Positions 1 through 9,888 of a stretch of DNA of 64,000 nt are shown piece by piece. Both the position numbers and the translations under genes were made by a program. Under the pieces are notes generated by a model, which was given only the letters and a program-made list of their open reading frames with translations, was not told the origin of the DNA and did not search any database. Within the stretch, counting starts at the first letter, position 1. Each line of letters begins with the position of its first letter. Source of the DNA: a virus (lineage: Duplodnaviria > Caudoviricetes); IMG/VR virus record IMGVR_UViG_3300048592_000967, positions 1,065 to 65,064 of that record; one strand, 5' to 3'.

Positions 1-125
1 CGTGGACTCGCGCCCGCAGCGCAGGCTCTGTGTCTGGCACTGCAGCAACCGCACCCAGCGGCACCAGTGGCACAGCAGGCGGCGCGGGCGAGTCCGTGCT
101 GCTGAGTATCTGAGGAGACGCGCTA

Positions 126-581
126 ATGGATTACACTGCTGAGGTATTTCGCGACGGCCAACTCGTGGCAACACTGTCCCGCGCCGACCGCCCGTATGGC
201 GCAGCAGACGCGGGTGATTGGCCGGGCTGTGTGCTGGTCGCCGATGGGGTGGAGTATCCGGCTCCCGAGCCACCGACCCCCGACCCAGTGCAGCAATTGC
301 AGGAGCAACTCGACCAGCTCGAGCTGCTCCGCGCGGCATCCATTCGGCAACTGCGGGCCCACGTAGCGGCGGCGCTGCTGGCCAACGGCTGGAGCCAGCC
401 CGACACGATGGCGGCGGGCCGCGACTTTTTCGCATCTCACGCCGCCGACATCTACGGCTACGTGAGCGGCGCGGCCCCTGCGTTTGCGGCGGCTGTGAGC
501 GTGGATGGCCGCGAGTGGCTCGACTTGCCAGCGGGTGGCGGGCTCACGATTCGCGAGCTGTTCGCGGGGGCCCTGGGCTGA
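126..581 (+). CDS. Hypothetical tail-region protein
   Basis: GAGGAG RBS; sits just upstream of the holin. Confidence 0.7.
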   Translation: MDYTAEVFRDGQLVATLSRADRPYGAADAGDWPGCVLVADGVEYPAPEPPTPDPVQQLQEQLDQLELLRAASIRQLRAHVAAALLANGWSQPDTMAAGRDFFASHAADIYGYVSGAAPAFAAAVSVDGREWLDLPAGGGLTIRELFAGALG

Positions 582-679
582 TGGGTCACCGGCCCTGGTG
601 GCGCGAGCTGCCGTGTCTGCTGGCCGCCCTCCTCTGGGAGCCGGTATATCTCTGGCGTAAGTGGAGGCTGCGACTATGA
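581..679 (+). CDS. Small hydrophobic peptide (32 aa)
   Basis: ATG overlaps previous stop and its stop overlaps the holin ATG; MGHRPWWRELPCLLAALLWEPVYLWRKWRLRL. Confidence 0.45.
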   Translation: MGHRPWWRELPCLLAALLWEPVYLWRKWRLRL

Positions 680-1173
680 GCCGAGTGCAATACCTGAGAG
701 GGCTGGCGAGCGATGCCTGGCACTGGCTAGCCGGCCACCTCCACAGCGCATCGAGCTGGATGGCCAGCGCCCTCTGGGCTTACCTGCCGAGTCCTGTCAC
801 CGCGACCGCCCTCCTCGTGCTGTGGGTGCTAGATATGTTTTCCGGCTCGGCCCTGGCCATCAAAGAGCGAAAATTCACGCTTCGGCGCTGGCCGTTGTCA
901 TTGGTGAAGCTCTTCCTGTGGCTGGGGCTGGCCATCATGTGTAGCACCGTCCGGGCCCAGGCGCACACCCTGGGCTGGGTGGCTGGCAGCACCGTGGCCC
1001 TGTGTTGCGGGGTGCTGGAGTTCGCCCTGGTGAGCTTCGAGGGCGCGTCTGTGCTTCGCAACGTGGCGCAGTTCAGCAACATCCGCTGGATGATGCAGAT
1101 CAGCCGCTTCTGGGATCGCTCGCTGCAGCGGGCTCTGGACCGGCTGGCGCCCGAGGAGGATGCCAAATCGTGA
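676..1173 (+). CDS. Phage holin
   Basis: Several TM segments, 'LDMFSG' and 'EGASVLRN' motifs typical of phage holin family 4; upstream of the lysin. Confidence 0.75.
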   Translation: MSRVQYLRGLASDAWHWLAGHLHSASSWMASALWAYLPSPVTATALLVLWVLDMFSGSALAIKERKFTLRRWPLSLVKLFLWLGLAIMCSTVRAQAHTLGWVAGSTVALCCGVLEFALVSFEGASVLRNVAQFSNIRWMMQISRFWDRSLQRALDRLAPEEDAKS

Positions 1174-1294
1174 CACAGGCCAGCGTCCACTTCGCCTGCT
1201 CCTGCGTGGTGTGCGGTGAGGCGGCCAGCGTGTCGCTGCCGACGATGGCCCCGGAGGGGCTGGCTCGGGTTGGCTGGGCGCCGTTGCCCTTGCA

Positions 1295-1705
1295 GTGAGT
1301 GGCGTGGGCACAGCGGCGTTTGGCTGGCTGGGCGCACGGATTGGCGAGCGACGCGACCTGCTCCAAAAAAGCATCGACCGCATCACCGCGCTCGAAGCCA
1401 AGCTCGAGGCTCAGGAGGCCGAGGTCAGAGACCTCGATCGAAAACTGACCGAGTCCGAGGCGACCCGCAAGGTCCTACAGGAAAACCTCGAGGACCTCAC
1501 CGCGCAGTTGGCTGAGCTACAGGAAAGCAACGCCGAACTGCTGGCCGGCCGTGACGAGCTGCAGTCCGAGGTGGCCACCGCGCTCGAGCACGTCGCAGCG
1601 CTCAGCCAGCAGGTGACAGCACTCGGGGCACAACCAGCCCCGCGACCGGAGCGGCCCCGTGACAGCGGGGGTCGATTCGCAAAAACGAAAGGACGGCGAA
1701 AATGA
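1295..1705 (+). CDS. Coiled-coil protein in the lysis module
   Basis: N-terminal hydrophobic stretch followed by heptad repeats. Confidence 0.65.
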   Translation: MSGVGTAAFGWLGARIGERRDLLQKSIDRITALEAKLEAQEAEVRDLDRKLTESEATRKVLQENLEDLTAQLAELQESNAELLAGRDELQSEVATALEHVAALSQQVTALGAQPAPRPERPRDSGGRFAKTKGRRK

Positions 1706-2067
1706 GAGCGATCCAACTATTAGGGACGGTGGCCGGCGCCGCCAACAACGTGCTGCAGGTGGTGGGCAATCGGGGCCTGCCGGCGGAGGTCGAGCTGGCA
1801 GCTGATGCGGCCCAGACCGTGCTGGCAGTTGCGGCTGCCGACCAACCCGCAGCCGACCGAGTGGCCGCCGTGGTGCGCCACCTCGAGGGGCGGGGCTCAC
1901 TGCGGGAGGCCCTGGCGGCGCACTGCCCACACCTGCCGAGCCAGGGCCTCGCGCTCGCCCTGGCTGTGGCCGATTGGGCAACCGAGGCGGTGGGCAAGGA
2001 TGGCCGGATTGATGCGGCCGACCTTCCCGGGCTCCTCCCGCGGCTGATGAGCGAGATGCAAGCGTGA
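1702..2067 (+). CDS. Hypothetical protein
   Basis: ATGA overlap with the upstream gene. Confidence 0.6.
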   Translation: MRAIQLLGTVAGAANNVLQVVGNRGLPAEVELAADAAQTVLAVAAADQPAADRVAAVVRHLEGRGSLREALAAHCPHLPSQGLALALAVADWATEAVGKDGRIDAADLPGLLPRLMSEMQA

Positions 2068-2098
2068 GCGACGTCTCGCTAGCGCTGGCGGAGCTGCG

Positions 2099-2302
2099 GT
2101 GGCGACCGTGAGCGACTGGATCGCCTACCGCGCCAGCTGTCTCAATTGCGGCGCCGAGCCCACCGCTATGATTGGCCAGGGTCCTGGCCACCTGGCCGCC
2201 CGCATCGGCCTGCCGTGCACCCAGTGCGAGGCCCGCCTGGTCATCGCCTGGGAACAGAGACTCGAGTCGGAGGTGCCAAGTGCCCAAGTTCCCCCCCGGT
2301 AA
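2099..2302 (+). CDS. Small CxxC..CxxC protein
   Basis: CLNC and CTQC motifs; fills the gap before the lysin. Confidence 0.45.
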   Translation: MATVSDWIAYRASCLNCGAEPTAMIGQGPGHLAARIGLPCTQCEARLVIAWEQRLESEVPSAQVPPR

Positions 2303-3005
2303 GCTGCCGGACTTTTTCGCCCACTTTGATCGGGCGAACCCACACCATCGGAAAGCGGTGGCTATGCTGGAGCAGCAGCTGCCTGCCGCTCTGCTGCAGG
2401 ATGAGGCGCCGTGGGTGGTCGAGTATCGTCTGGGGCGGCCTCAACCGCAACCGCGCGAGATCCGCCTGCCCGTGCCCTACTACCGCCAAGGCGACTCGGC
2501 GGTCCCTGGCCAGGGTCCCAGGATGTGCCAATCCTCAACCCTGGCCATGGTGGTGAGCTATCTCCGGCCCAACGCTCTCGCCGGTGCTGGCCAGCCCGAC
2601 GACCAGTATTTGCGACGGGTGCAGCAGTACGGCGACACGACCGACGCCCAGGCCCAGCTTCGGGCCCTGAAAGCCTTGGGAGTCGACGCGCGCTTTCGCA
2701 GCGACTTGGACTGGGACGACGTGGACGCCCAGCTCGAGCAGCAACTGCCCGTGCCGGTCGGCATCCTGCATCACGGTCCCGTCTCGGCTCTATCCGGCGG
2801 CGGCCATTGGGTTCTGATTATCGGGCGGTCAGCCGACGGTCAGCGCTACCTCGTGCACGACCCAGCTGGAGAGCTCGACCTGGTCAACGGTAACTACGGC
2901 CTCGGCCGTCCGGGCCAGGCCGTCTGGTATTCAAAACTCAACCTCGGCCGGCGCTGGCTCATCGAGGGCCCGAACTCGGGCTGGGGCTATCTGGTGAGGC
3001 GATAA
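2280..3005 (+). CDS. C39-like cysteine peptidase, putative endolysin
   Basis: Q..C (RMCQSS), GGHWVLIIG and VHDP catalytic motifs; GGAGG RBS before GTG 2280. Confidence 0.8.
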   Translation: MPKFPPGKLPDFFAHFDRANPHHRKAVAMLEQQLPAALLQDEAPWVVEYRLGRPQPQPREIRLPVPYYRQGDSAVPGQGPRMCQSSTLAMVVSYLRPNALAGAGQPDDQYLRRVQQYGDTTDAQAQLRALKALGVDARFRSDLDWDDVDAQLEQQLPVPVGILHHGPVSALSGGGHWVLIIGRSADGQRYLVHDPAGELDLVNGNYGLGRPGQAVWYSKLNLGRRWLIEGPNSGWGYLVRR

Positions 3006-3071
3006 TCGGCTGGCCCGAGCAAGATAGTTGACTTGGCCAGAAGGTGAACGGCAACTCGGCAGAAACCTGGG

Positions 3072-4652
3072 TTAGGCTGCTGAAAAGGGTATCCAAAGCC
3101 GGGCTGACGGGCGGGTTGACGGGCGAGCTATTGTCCGTGCACTCCGACCATATCTTAGAACGTCCTCCCCCTCCAGTCGGAAGGAGAGAGGCGGCGCCTG
3201 AAGGGGCAGCTGGATAGCCAGTTGCCCCTTCTTCGTTTTCAGATCAATCTCAACTTCGACCACATGGGCGAGAAGTTGCTGGATGTCCTCGGGCTCCGAA
3301 GAATCGATGGTGGCCAGAACCTTGGACAGCCACTCTTCCACCACGCCGACGTTGCTGGCCAGCATCTGCTCGACTTCAATCTGGCAGGTGGCCACTTCAC
3401 CAACCAGCTCGGCCTCCAGGGCCTTCAGCTCGGTCAGGCGCCGCTGGATGTCCGGGAAGATAATCCCCTGCTCGATCGCACCAATGAGGTTGGAAACCTT
3501 CTGGCGGGTTTCCGCAATTTGGCGCCACAGGGCCTTCTCCCGCTGAGCCGCCTGGGCCCGCATCGGCTCCAGGGTCTCACTGTAGGCTTCCAGGAGGCGG
3601 CGGGCGTCGATTCGCTTCAAGTAGTGCCGCAAGTGGTTGAGCACGACCTCTTCGAGCAGTGGGGCTGAAACGGCCGAATGGGAACAGCCGCCGCCCCGCC
3701 GGTTGCTGCAGGAATACTTCGGCCGCCCGCCCCCCTGGCGATTGCCCACCACGGGCCCGCCGCACAGAGCACACCGGCACAGACCGCTGAAGGCATACGT
3801 CTCAATCCGGCTCGCCCCAGGCCGGCGCCGCCCCCGCTCCGCCAGCCGGGCGTTCGCCCTGCGCCAGAGCTCCTCGTCGACCAGGCCGGGAATGGTCCCT
3901 TCGGTCACCTCGTCCCCAGCTCGCCGCGGGCGCCCCTGGGGCAGGCTGGTGACCCCATAGCGCAGCTGGCCATAGTAGAGGGGGTTCCGGATTCGGGTGT
4001 AGAGGGTCGCCATGGTCCAGGGCGCCCCGGTAAGTTTCTCAATCCGGGCGATGATCCGGGTTGTCGCCTCACCCTCGGCATACCACTGGAAGACCTGGCT
4101 CATCACCGGGCCCGTAGTCGGACACGGAATCAGCCGGGTGCGCTGCTGGGAGCCCTCCCACGTAGACTCGGCCCTATACCCGAAGGGCACCTTGCCCCCG
4201 GTCCAATACCCCTTGCGTGTAAGGGCCCGGTGGCCTTTGCGCGTCTCCTGGCCGAGGTTGCCCCCATACCACTCGGCCATGACCTCGAGCATACCCTCCA
4301 TGGCCCGGTCCATGATGGAGTCGCCCAAGTTTTCACAGACCGAGCGCACCTGCACGCCCAACCGGCGCAACATGGCCTTGTGGATGACGCTGGTGTCTCG
4401 GTTGCGGCCGAATCGGTCCAACTTGTGGACCAGCAACACCTGGAAACGCCGCGCTCGAGCGTCGGCCATCATGGCCTGGAACTCGGGCGACTTCTCAATC
4501 TCGCAGCTCCTGGTCTCCGGTAGGGCGTAGCGGTGGGTTATCTCCCACCCCTTCTGCCTGGCCACAAATGCTTCCATCTCCTGGATCTGGGCCTCGAGGC
4601 TCAGCTCATCCTGGAGCTTGGAGCTGTATCGGGCGAACAGGGCTACTCGCAT
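3072..4652 (-). CDS. Large serine recombinase (phage integrase)
   Basis: ARYSS catalytic Ser, KLDRFGRN, recombinase domain, C4 zinc ribbon and coiled coil. Confidence 0.95.
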   Translation of the reverse strand: MRVALFARYSSKLQDELSLEAQIQEMEAFVARQKGWEITHRYALPETRSCEIEKSPEFQAMMADARARRFQVLLVHKLDRFGRNRDTSVIHKAMLRRLGVQVRSVCENLGDSIMDRAMEGMLEVMAEWYGGNLGQETRKGHRALTRKGYWTGGKVPFGYRAESTWEGSQQRTRLIPCPTTGPVMSQVFQWYAEGEATTRIIARIEKLTGAPWTMATLYTRIRNPLYYGQLRYGVTSLPQGRPRRAGDEVTEGTIPGLVDEELWRRANARLAERGRRRPGASRIETYAFSGLCRCALCGGPVVGNRQGGGRPKYSCSNRRGGGCSHSAVSAPLLEEVVLNHLRHYLKRIDARRLLEAYSETLEPMRAQAAQREKALWRQIAETRQKVSNLIGAIEQGIIFPDIQRRLTELKALEAELVGEVATCQIEVEQMLASNVGVVEEWLSKVLATIDSSEPEDIQQLLAHVVEVEIDLKTKKGQLAIQLPLQAPPLSFRLEGEDVLRYGRSARTIARPSTRPSARLWIPFSAA

Positions 4653-4972
4653 GGGGCCTCCAAGGTTTTGGCTGGCCGAAGCGGAAGACACTGCTACCAG
4701 GAGGGTCTGGGCTTCGGCTCGGGCCTTTTTCGTTTCAACCGGCTCGACCCCTCGGCCGAGCCGGTCCTCAGTTCAGGTGGATGACGACGACGTGGGGCTC
4801 GGGCCTTTCGGGCTCGAGACTCCAAAGGGTGACTTCGCAGATCAGCAGCACAGGCGCCTCCTCGGTTTTGGTGCTCCGACGTTACCGCCTGGCGTACTGC
4901 CAGATGACTGCGAACCGCCCGGGAAGTTGCCAAAGCATGGCCACTTCCTGTTTTTGCGGAAGAAATGAGGGG

Positions 4973-5563
4973 CTACGCCACCACTTTGAGTTCGCCGGTC
5001 GCTGGGTCTTGCCAGACAACGCCCAGCGCCGACAACTGGCAAAGCATGGCCGTGCGGCTTACCCCGAAGTGCAGGGCCAAGCGGGTGATCTGCTCGCTGC
5101 GGCCTCCCTGGGTTGGACTGGACAGAAGCCGGGTGAACGCCGGCAGCTGGACCAACTGCTCCTGGGGCACGAGGAAGACGCCGGCGTATTCATCCGCCTC
5201 CTGCTCCTCCTGCTCGCCGAACTGGGTGCGGCCCGTGTGAAGGCGGAGGTGGCCCAGTTCGTGGGCCAGCGTGAAGGCCTCGACCGCTGGCGCCGCAGCC
5301 CGGTAGTGGAGTTTCGTGGGCAAGTGCTTACAGAGCCAGATGGTTCTCGCCTGGAAGTCGGTGAGCGCCCACTGGCAATCGGGCAAGACCTTGCGCTCGA
5401 GCCGGAAGCCCAGCATGTGAATCAGGTCTGGGATAGCCTCCAGGGGCCGTGAGTAGCGTTTTCGGGTGATCTCGCTGGCCGCGGCCAGGAGACGTTTGCG
5501 GTCGTTTGCATAGTCGGCCCGTTTTCGGGCTCGGTCTGCGAGCCGCGCTGCGTGTTTCTGCAT
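4973..5563 (-). CDS. ImmA/IrrE-family metallopeptidase
   Basis: FTLAHELGH...EQEADEYA, C-terminal HTH (LALHFGVS). Confidence 0.9.
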   Translation of the reverse strand: MQKHAARLADRARKRADYANDRKRLLAAASEITRKRYSRPLEAIPDLIHMLGFRLERKVLPDCQWALTDFQARTIWLCKHLPTKLHYRAAAPAVEAFTLAHELGHLRLHTGRTQFGEQEEQEADEYAGVFLVPQEQLVQLPAFTRLLSSPTQGGRSEQITRLALHFGVSRTAMLCQLSALGVVWQDPATGELKVVA

Positions 5564-5851
5564 CGTCTTGCTCCTCAGGTGGGATTTGGTTCCTGAGGCC
5601 CATTCTAGTGAACAAGAGACAACTTGTCAGCCACGACATCTTGTGGTGTGAATCGGGCTCAACACAAGAGTGTTCGACGGACCGAAAGATAAGCCAGTCT
5701 CAACCTGATTCATCTGTTCGCTTCCAACTGGTTCGGATTGTTCAAAGAATTCAGCGAAGGAGAAAAACTCTGCGCAGCCAGTCTTTATCTGTCGCACAAG
5801 CTTGGTTAGTATTAACCAAGGAAAACCTTAGGCTGCATCAAACCGCCCTGG

Positions 5852-6451
5852 GTGTTTTCCGTGAATCTCAAATCAGCAGCTCTCATAGTCACTTTATTCT
5901 TCAGTCTCGCCGGTTGCTCGGGGGGATTGAAAAAGCAGCTCGATGAGGCCCAATCAAAACTGGGCGAGACAGAGTCACGACTTACTCAGCAAAAGATTGA
6001 ACTGGAAAAAGCCAAGACAGATCTTGCCTCACTCGCCGCCGAACTGGAATCGCAGAAGAAAAGCGTATCCGAGAAGAGCAAGTTGCTAGAAGCAAAAACC
6101 AAAGAACTGGAAAGACTCAAGAAGCAGCTAATCGATGCTCAGAAGTTGCTGGGAGCCGTAAAGAAGGAAAACCAGCGGCTTTTGAGCCAGAGGGCGGTCA
6201 AGCCGCGCTCAAAACCAAAACCGCCCCCGATTGACCAGGGCCCAGATCCTACTCTTGGAGAAGCCGACGCGCCTGGCCAGAAGAAGGCAAGCGACAGCCT
6301 CTACATGCAAGGATGGCGGGCTGGATGGGACGATGGCATGGAACACGACCTTGTTCCTCCAAGCATGTATTCAGACTACGCCGATGGCGATGAATATGCT
6401 AGGGGCTATCTGGACGGCCACAAGGACGGACTGAAAGCGTCGCTGGAGTAA
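5852..6451 (+). CDS. Coiled-coil lipoprotein
   Basis: Lipobox LAGC, long coiled coil, C-terminal GW..GW/GY..GH motifs. Confidence 0.75.
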   Translation: MFSVNLKSAALIVTLFFSLAGCSGGLKKQLDEAQSKLGETESRLTQQKIELEKAKTDLASLAAELESQKKSVSEKSKLLEAKTKELERLKKQLIDAQKLLGAVKKENQRLLSQRAVKPRSKPKPPPIDQGPDPTLGEADAPGQKKASDSLYMQGWRAGWDDGMEHDLVPPSMYSDYADGDEYARGYLDGHKDGLKASLE

Positions 6452-6523
6452 ATCACACGTTGACGACGTCGCAGTAGCCTGGCTCCCCTCATAGCTTCAC
6501 CTTACTGCCGAGTTCTCTCCCAT

Positions 6524-6817
6524 CTAGTCTCCTGGCAGTTGTGGCTTACGTTTTCTTCCAGACTGGGTTGCCCCAGTGCCAGGAGCGGCACTCTGGCGAG
6601 AAAAGAGTTCGGCTAAACGCCGGTCAACCGCTTGCTCGGCAATACCTCTAGCCACATCCAGATTACCCTCTAGGCGACCGGTCACTGCCGCGACCGACTC
6701 GCCCTGACGCTTCATCTCAGCCTTCAGTTCGCGGATGTCAGTTTTCACGTCTTCCAAGGTTCGATTGATGGCAGCCAGGTTGCCGATTACGTCTATCAGA
6801 CCCTTGATCTGTGTCAA
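6524..6817 (-). CDS. Hypothetical coiled-coil protein
   Basis: Overlap-coupled operon downstream of the repressor. Confidence 0.65.
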   Translation of the reverse strand: MTQIKGLIDVIGNLAAINRTLEDVKTDIRELKAEMKRQGESVAAVTGRLEGNLDVARGIAEQAVDRRLAELFSRQSAAPGTGATQSGRKRKPQLPGD

Positions 6818-7158
6818 CTGCGTAGCTCCCTGGCGATGTCTTCAACATGCCCCTTCATCTCGTCGGTGAGTCGCTTGACCTCCGCAGCGAAGAACTCGAG
6901 TTCTGCCCTATTCTGATCCTCGGAATCCTTTTTCTCGGTACTGACTGGGTAGCCTACACCCTGGTGTAAGTTCTCAACTCTTTGGATATAGTTGTTTACA
7001 ATCACTGAATTATCCCCAGTTCTGCCTTGTCTAAGGAAGAATTCGCCCACGTGCCCTTGGTCCTTGCTTTCAGGGTCATTGAAGGCAAACGCCACACCCA
7101 TACGAGAAACGGTGATGTCTTCAGGTATCCTGATCGGGAGATTGCTTTCCATCGTCAT
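6814..7158 (-). CDS. Hypothetical protein
   Basis: Operon continuity, GAGGAGG RBS. Confidence 0.65.
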   Translation of the reverse strand: MTMESNLPIRIPEDITVSRMGVAFAFNDPESKDQGHVGEFFLRQGRTGDNSVIVNNYIQRVENLHQGVGYPVSTEKKDSEDQNRAELEFFAAEVKRLTDEMKGHVEDIARELRS

Positions 7159-7648
7159 CCTCCTCTGAAATCGGCTTCAGGTAGACTTGAATGCTTGCAA
7201 CAATGCTGTCGTTACCCATCGCATGAAAGATGCCAGTGGCCGTTACCTGGACAACGTCGCAGTTGAAGATTCCAGATTTATCCACGCGATGATTGTAGGA
7301 CCAACTTTGAAAGCGGTACCCCCCAAGGTTGGGAACAGCGTCCAAGAGCCAGTCAGCTCCTCCTCTTTCAAGGTTGGACTGTATAGTCGGCGTGGCTCGA
7401 CTACCTTCCCATGGATTCTCAATTTTGATTGTCTCCGGAATGATGAGCCTCAAGAACGGGCACCCCCCTTCAGCGAAGGTCAGCACATCCGGAATTTGCA
7501 ACAAGAACTCACCACCCATGAACCGTAATCCGTATTCTTGACTTACGATCCAGTCTCCGATCGAGTTTTTCAAAAGAACATCCGCAAGTTTTCTTGCGGG
7601 GTCGCTTTCAGGCAAGATACTGCCCGGCTTTGCGTCATTGGTTGACAA
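7121..7648 (-). CDS. Hypothetical protein
   Basis: Operon continuity. Confidence 0.65.
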   Translation of the reverse strand: MSTNDAKPGSILPESDPARKLADVLLKNSIGDWIVSQEYGLRFMGGEFLLQIPDVLTFAEGGCPFLRLIIPETIKIENPWEGSRATPTIQSNLERGGADWLLDAVPNLGGYRFQSWSYNHRVDKSGIFNCDVVQVTATGIFHAMGNDSIVASIQVYLKPISEEDDDGKQSPDQDT

Positions 7649-8348
7649 CGAAGACTCCCTGACTCTGCCACTGGCTGAACGGTTTGGACGACTCGGTATC
7701 GTCTGGCACGCTTACCACCCAGTGCATCTCGCCCTTCTCGACCCGGGACTCTTTGACCATCCCGACGTAGCCACCGTCCGCCTGGTAAATCTTCTGCCCC
7801 ACCTTGAGTTCGGTAAGTTCGGAAGCGGGGATGAGCTGACCAGCCTCGAGCTGCTTCCAACGCTCCTCGCCTTTCGTCACGAACTCGAGCGCGCGGCTCT
7901 TGTTGAAAGCATCATCCCGTTGGGCTTTGCTGGAATCACCCGTCGTAAATTCCGTGACGTAGAGGACCCTCTCCGCCTTCGAGGTCAAACAACGAGTGCC
8001 ACAGTCCTTGACGAACTCCTTCGCGGCGGCATTCTTGACCGGGTCCTTGAGGTTTACTTGCAACGCATCGAACTGACGCTGCAGTTCCTCGAACTCCGTG
8101 ATGCCTGCACCCTCTTCAACCGCTTTCTTGAATCGCACCCAAACCGGATAAAAGCTTTTTCGAAACTGCGAGAACTCTGCACTCGCGGCTATCAGGTTCG
8201 GGTCGGGCTTCGGGGTGTAGGCAACCTTTGGTGTAGAAGACGGTGTGGTTGGGGGCGCCGGGTTGCTCGGCTTTGAGCATCCCCAGAGCGTGAGCGCTGC
8301 GGCCAGGCTCAAACCAACAGCCCCTACTCCTACTCGCCTCTGCCTCAT
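7635..8348 (-). CDS. Lipoprotein co-transcribed with the repressor (possible superinfection exclusion)
   Basis: Lipobox LWGC, Pro/Thr linker; start overlaps the repressor stop. Confidence 0.7.
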   Translation of the reverse strand: MRQRRVGVGAVGLSLAAALTLWGCSKPSNPAPPTTPSSTPKVAYTPKPDPNLIAASAEFSQFRKSFYPVWVRFKKAVEEGAGITEFEELQRQFDALQVNLKDPVKNAAAKEFVKDCGTRCLTSKAERVLYVTEFTTGDSSKAQRDDAFNKSRALEFVTKGEERWKQLEAGQLIPASELTELKVGQKIYQADGGYVGMVKESRVEKGEMHWVVSVPDDTESSKPFSQWQSQGVFVVNQ

Positions 8349-8989
8349 TGTTTCTGACCCCTCTTTCGCAATGGCTTTGCAGACCGAGCTGCCAGTGGCC
8401 CTGGTCCCGCCTGAACCTGTTCCAGAGCCTGAGCTGGGAACTCGACGACCTTGTTCTGTTCGACAAGGCGGGCAATGGCGGCCAGAAGTTCGCGGTGGCG
8501 CTCCTCGGCGCGCGCTTCCGCGGCCTGCAAGAAAGCAAGAGTTGGGCTTACCTCTGGTGATGTAACGTGTTCCAGCGAATCCTTCTCTGGGGGCACTTCA
8601 AGATTCGTTTCGCCGGGCTCACCGATACTCGCACCTGTTGCTGCTTCCCAAGCGTGAATTTCGTCCGCTGAGGGAGTTAGCTTTCCAGTCTCCCAACCTT
8701 CAATAGTCCCGAGATCAACGCCGCAGTAATCTGCCATATCTTGGGTGCTGACTCGACTTTGCTTCCTTACCGTAGCCAAACGCTCTGCAACAACGTTGTC
8801 GTCCACAAACCAACTGACTGGTTTCTCCAGAATTTGCGCCACCTCTACCACCCGATCAAGCGGCGGGGTGCGCCTTCCTGCTTCCCAATCCTTCACCGTC
8901 TGGGTAGAGCCATCAAGGAATGAAGCCAGTTGCGATTGAGTCAAACCAGCCATTTTCCTGGCTATTTTCAACTTTTCACCAAAGGTCAT
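8345..8989 (-). CDS. CI-like repressor with two XRE HTH domains
   Basis: LKIARKMAGLTQSQLA...WEAGRRTP and RKQSRVSTQDMA...WETGKLTP; no S24 peptidase domain; divergent from cro. Confidence 0.88.
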   Translation of the reverse strand: MTFGEKLKIARKMAGLTQSQLASFLDGSTQTVKDWEAGRRTPPLDRVVEVAQILEKPVSWFVDDNVVAERLATVRKQSRVSTQDMADYCGVDLGTIEGWETGKLTPSADEIHAWEAATGASIGEPGETNLEVPPEKDSLEHVTSPEVSPTLAFLQAAEARAEERHRELLAAIARLVEQNKVVEFPAQALEQVQAGPGPLAARSAKPLRKRGQKQ

Positions 8990-9011
8990 GACGCCTCCGA
9001 GGATATCAAAC

Positions 9012-9061
9012 TGCAAACCCTCTTGACAGGGTAGAGATTTGCAACCTAATATGGGTTTGCA
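9012..9061 (+). promoter_or_regulatory. Lytic promoter/operator of the phage switch
   Basis: TTGACA 9023-9028, TAATAT 9047-9052; inverted repeat TGCAAACCC 9012-9020 / GGGTTTGCA 9053-9061 directly before ATG 9062. Confidence 0.7.
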
Positions 9062-9313
9062 ATGAGCAACCCAAGATTATGGTTAAAGTCGGCTCGTGAA
9101 GCCGCAGGATTCAAGACTCAACGCGAGTTCGCCGAGCGAATAGGCGCATCGGAACCCGTTGTCTCCCAATGGGAAAACGGTCACCGTACGCCAAGCTATG
9201 TGAAGATCCTTGCGATCGTCGAATTGCTTGGCCCCGAGATTCATCAGCAATTCGCCGCAGAAGTTAGGCACACGCGATCACTGGCCACAGACCTTCCGGA
9301 AGAGGTGGCGTGA
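9062..9313 (+). CDS. Cro-like XRE HTH protein
   Basis: TQREFAERIGASEPVVSQWENGHRTP. Confidence 0.88.
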   Translation: MSNPRLWLKSAREAAGFKTQREFAERIGASEPVVSQWENGHRTPSYVKILAIVELLGPEIHQQFAAEVRHTRSLATDLPEEVA

Positions 9314-9888
9314 TGCTGATTTGCACTTCCTTGTATGACTTGAGCCAAGTAGTCCCAGTCACCCAAGAGTTCGACAACACTGGCAGCCTCTCAGTTGCCG
9401 ACGCAGTCGAATCACTTGGCAGTCCTAAACCTAGGACTTGGCTCAAAGAGCTTCGTGTCAACCGTGGCCTGAGCCAAAAGCAACTGAGCCAGATGGTCGG
9501 ACTCTCGAGCGATGTAGCTGTGCTGTATTGGGAGTCTGGGCAAAGCCGGCCACCCTACGACAAGATGCTCAAACTCTCGGACATTTTTGGCTCTGAGGTC
9601 CTAGAACATTTTGCCAATGAGGTTCGCGCCAAAAATTCGCGGGCCACAGACTTGAGCCAAGTCCCAGTTGAGACTCGCTCCGTGATGGAATTTGTCGGAG
9701 CCAGGATTCGTCAGGCCCGACGGGAGAGCCATTGGACTTTGGAGACCCTATCCAACCATCTGGGGGTCACAAAGTCATCCATCGCACTGTGGGAGACCGG
9801 CAAGAATCGGATAGAGATTGACAGGCTCCCCAAGTTGGCCTCTGCACTCAATAAGCCCCTTGGTTGGTTCTTCCAGGAGGGCGCATGA
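9310..9888 (+). CDS. Double XRE-HTH regulator
   Basis: Two HTH domains; the first is paralogous to the upstream Cro. Confidence 0.8.
   Translation: MMLICTSLYDLSQVVPVTQEFDNTGSLSVADAVESLGSPKPRTWLKELRVNRGLSQKQLSQMVGLSSDVAVLYWESGQSRPPYDKMLKLSDIFGSEVLEHFANEVRAKNSRATDLSQVPVETRSVMEFVGARIRQARRESHWTLETLSNHLGVTKSSIALWETGKNRIEIDRLPKLASALNKPLGWFFQEGA

Noticed and set aside
3222-5452. Long plus-strand ORFs opposite the integrase and irrE (and similar shadow ORFs elsewhere)
   Set aside because: Antisense shadows expected in high-GC coding DNA; no motifs or RBS
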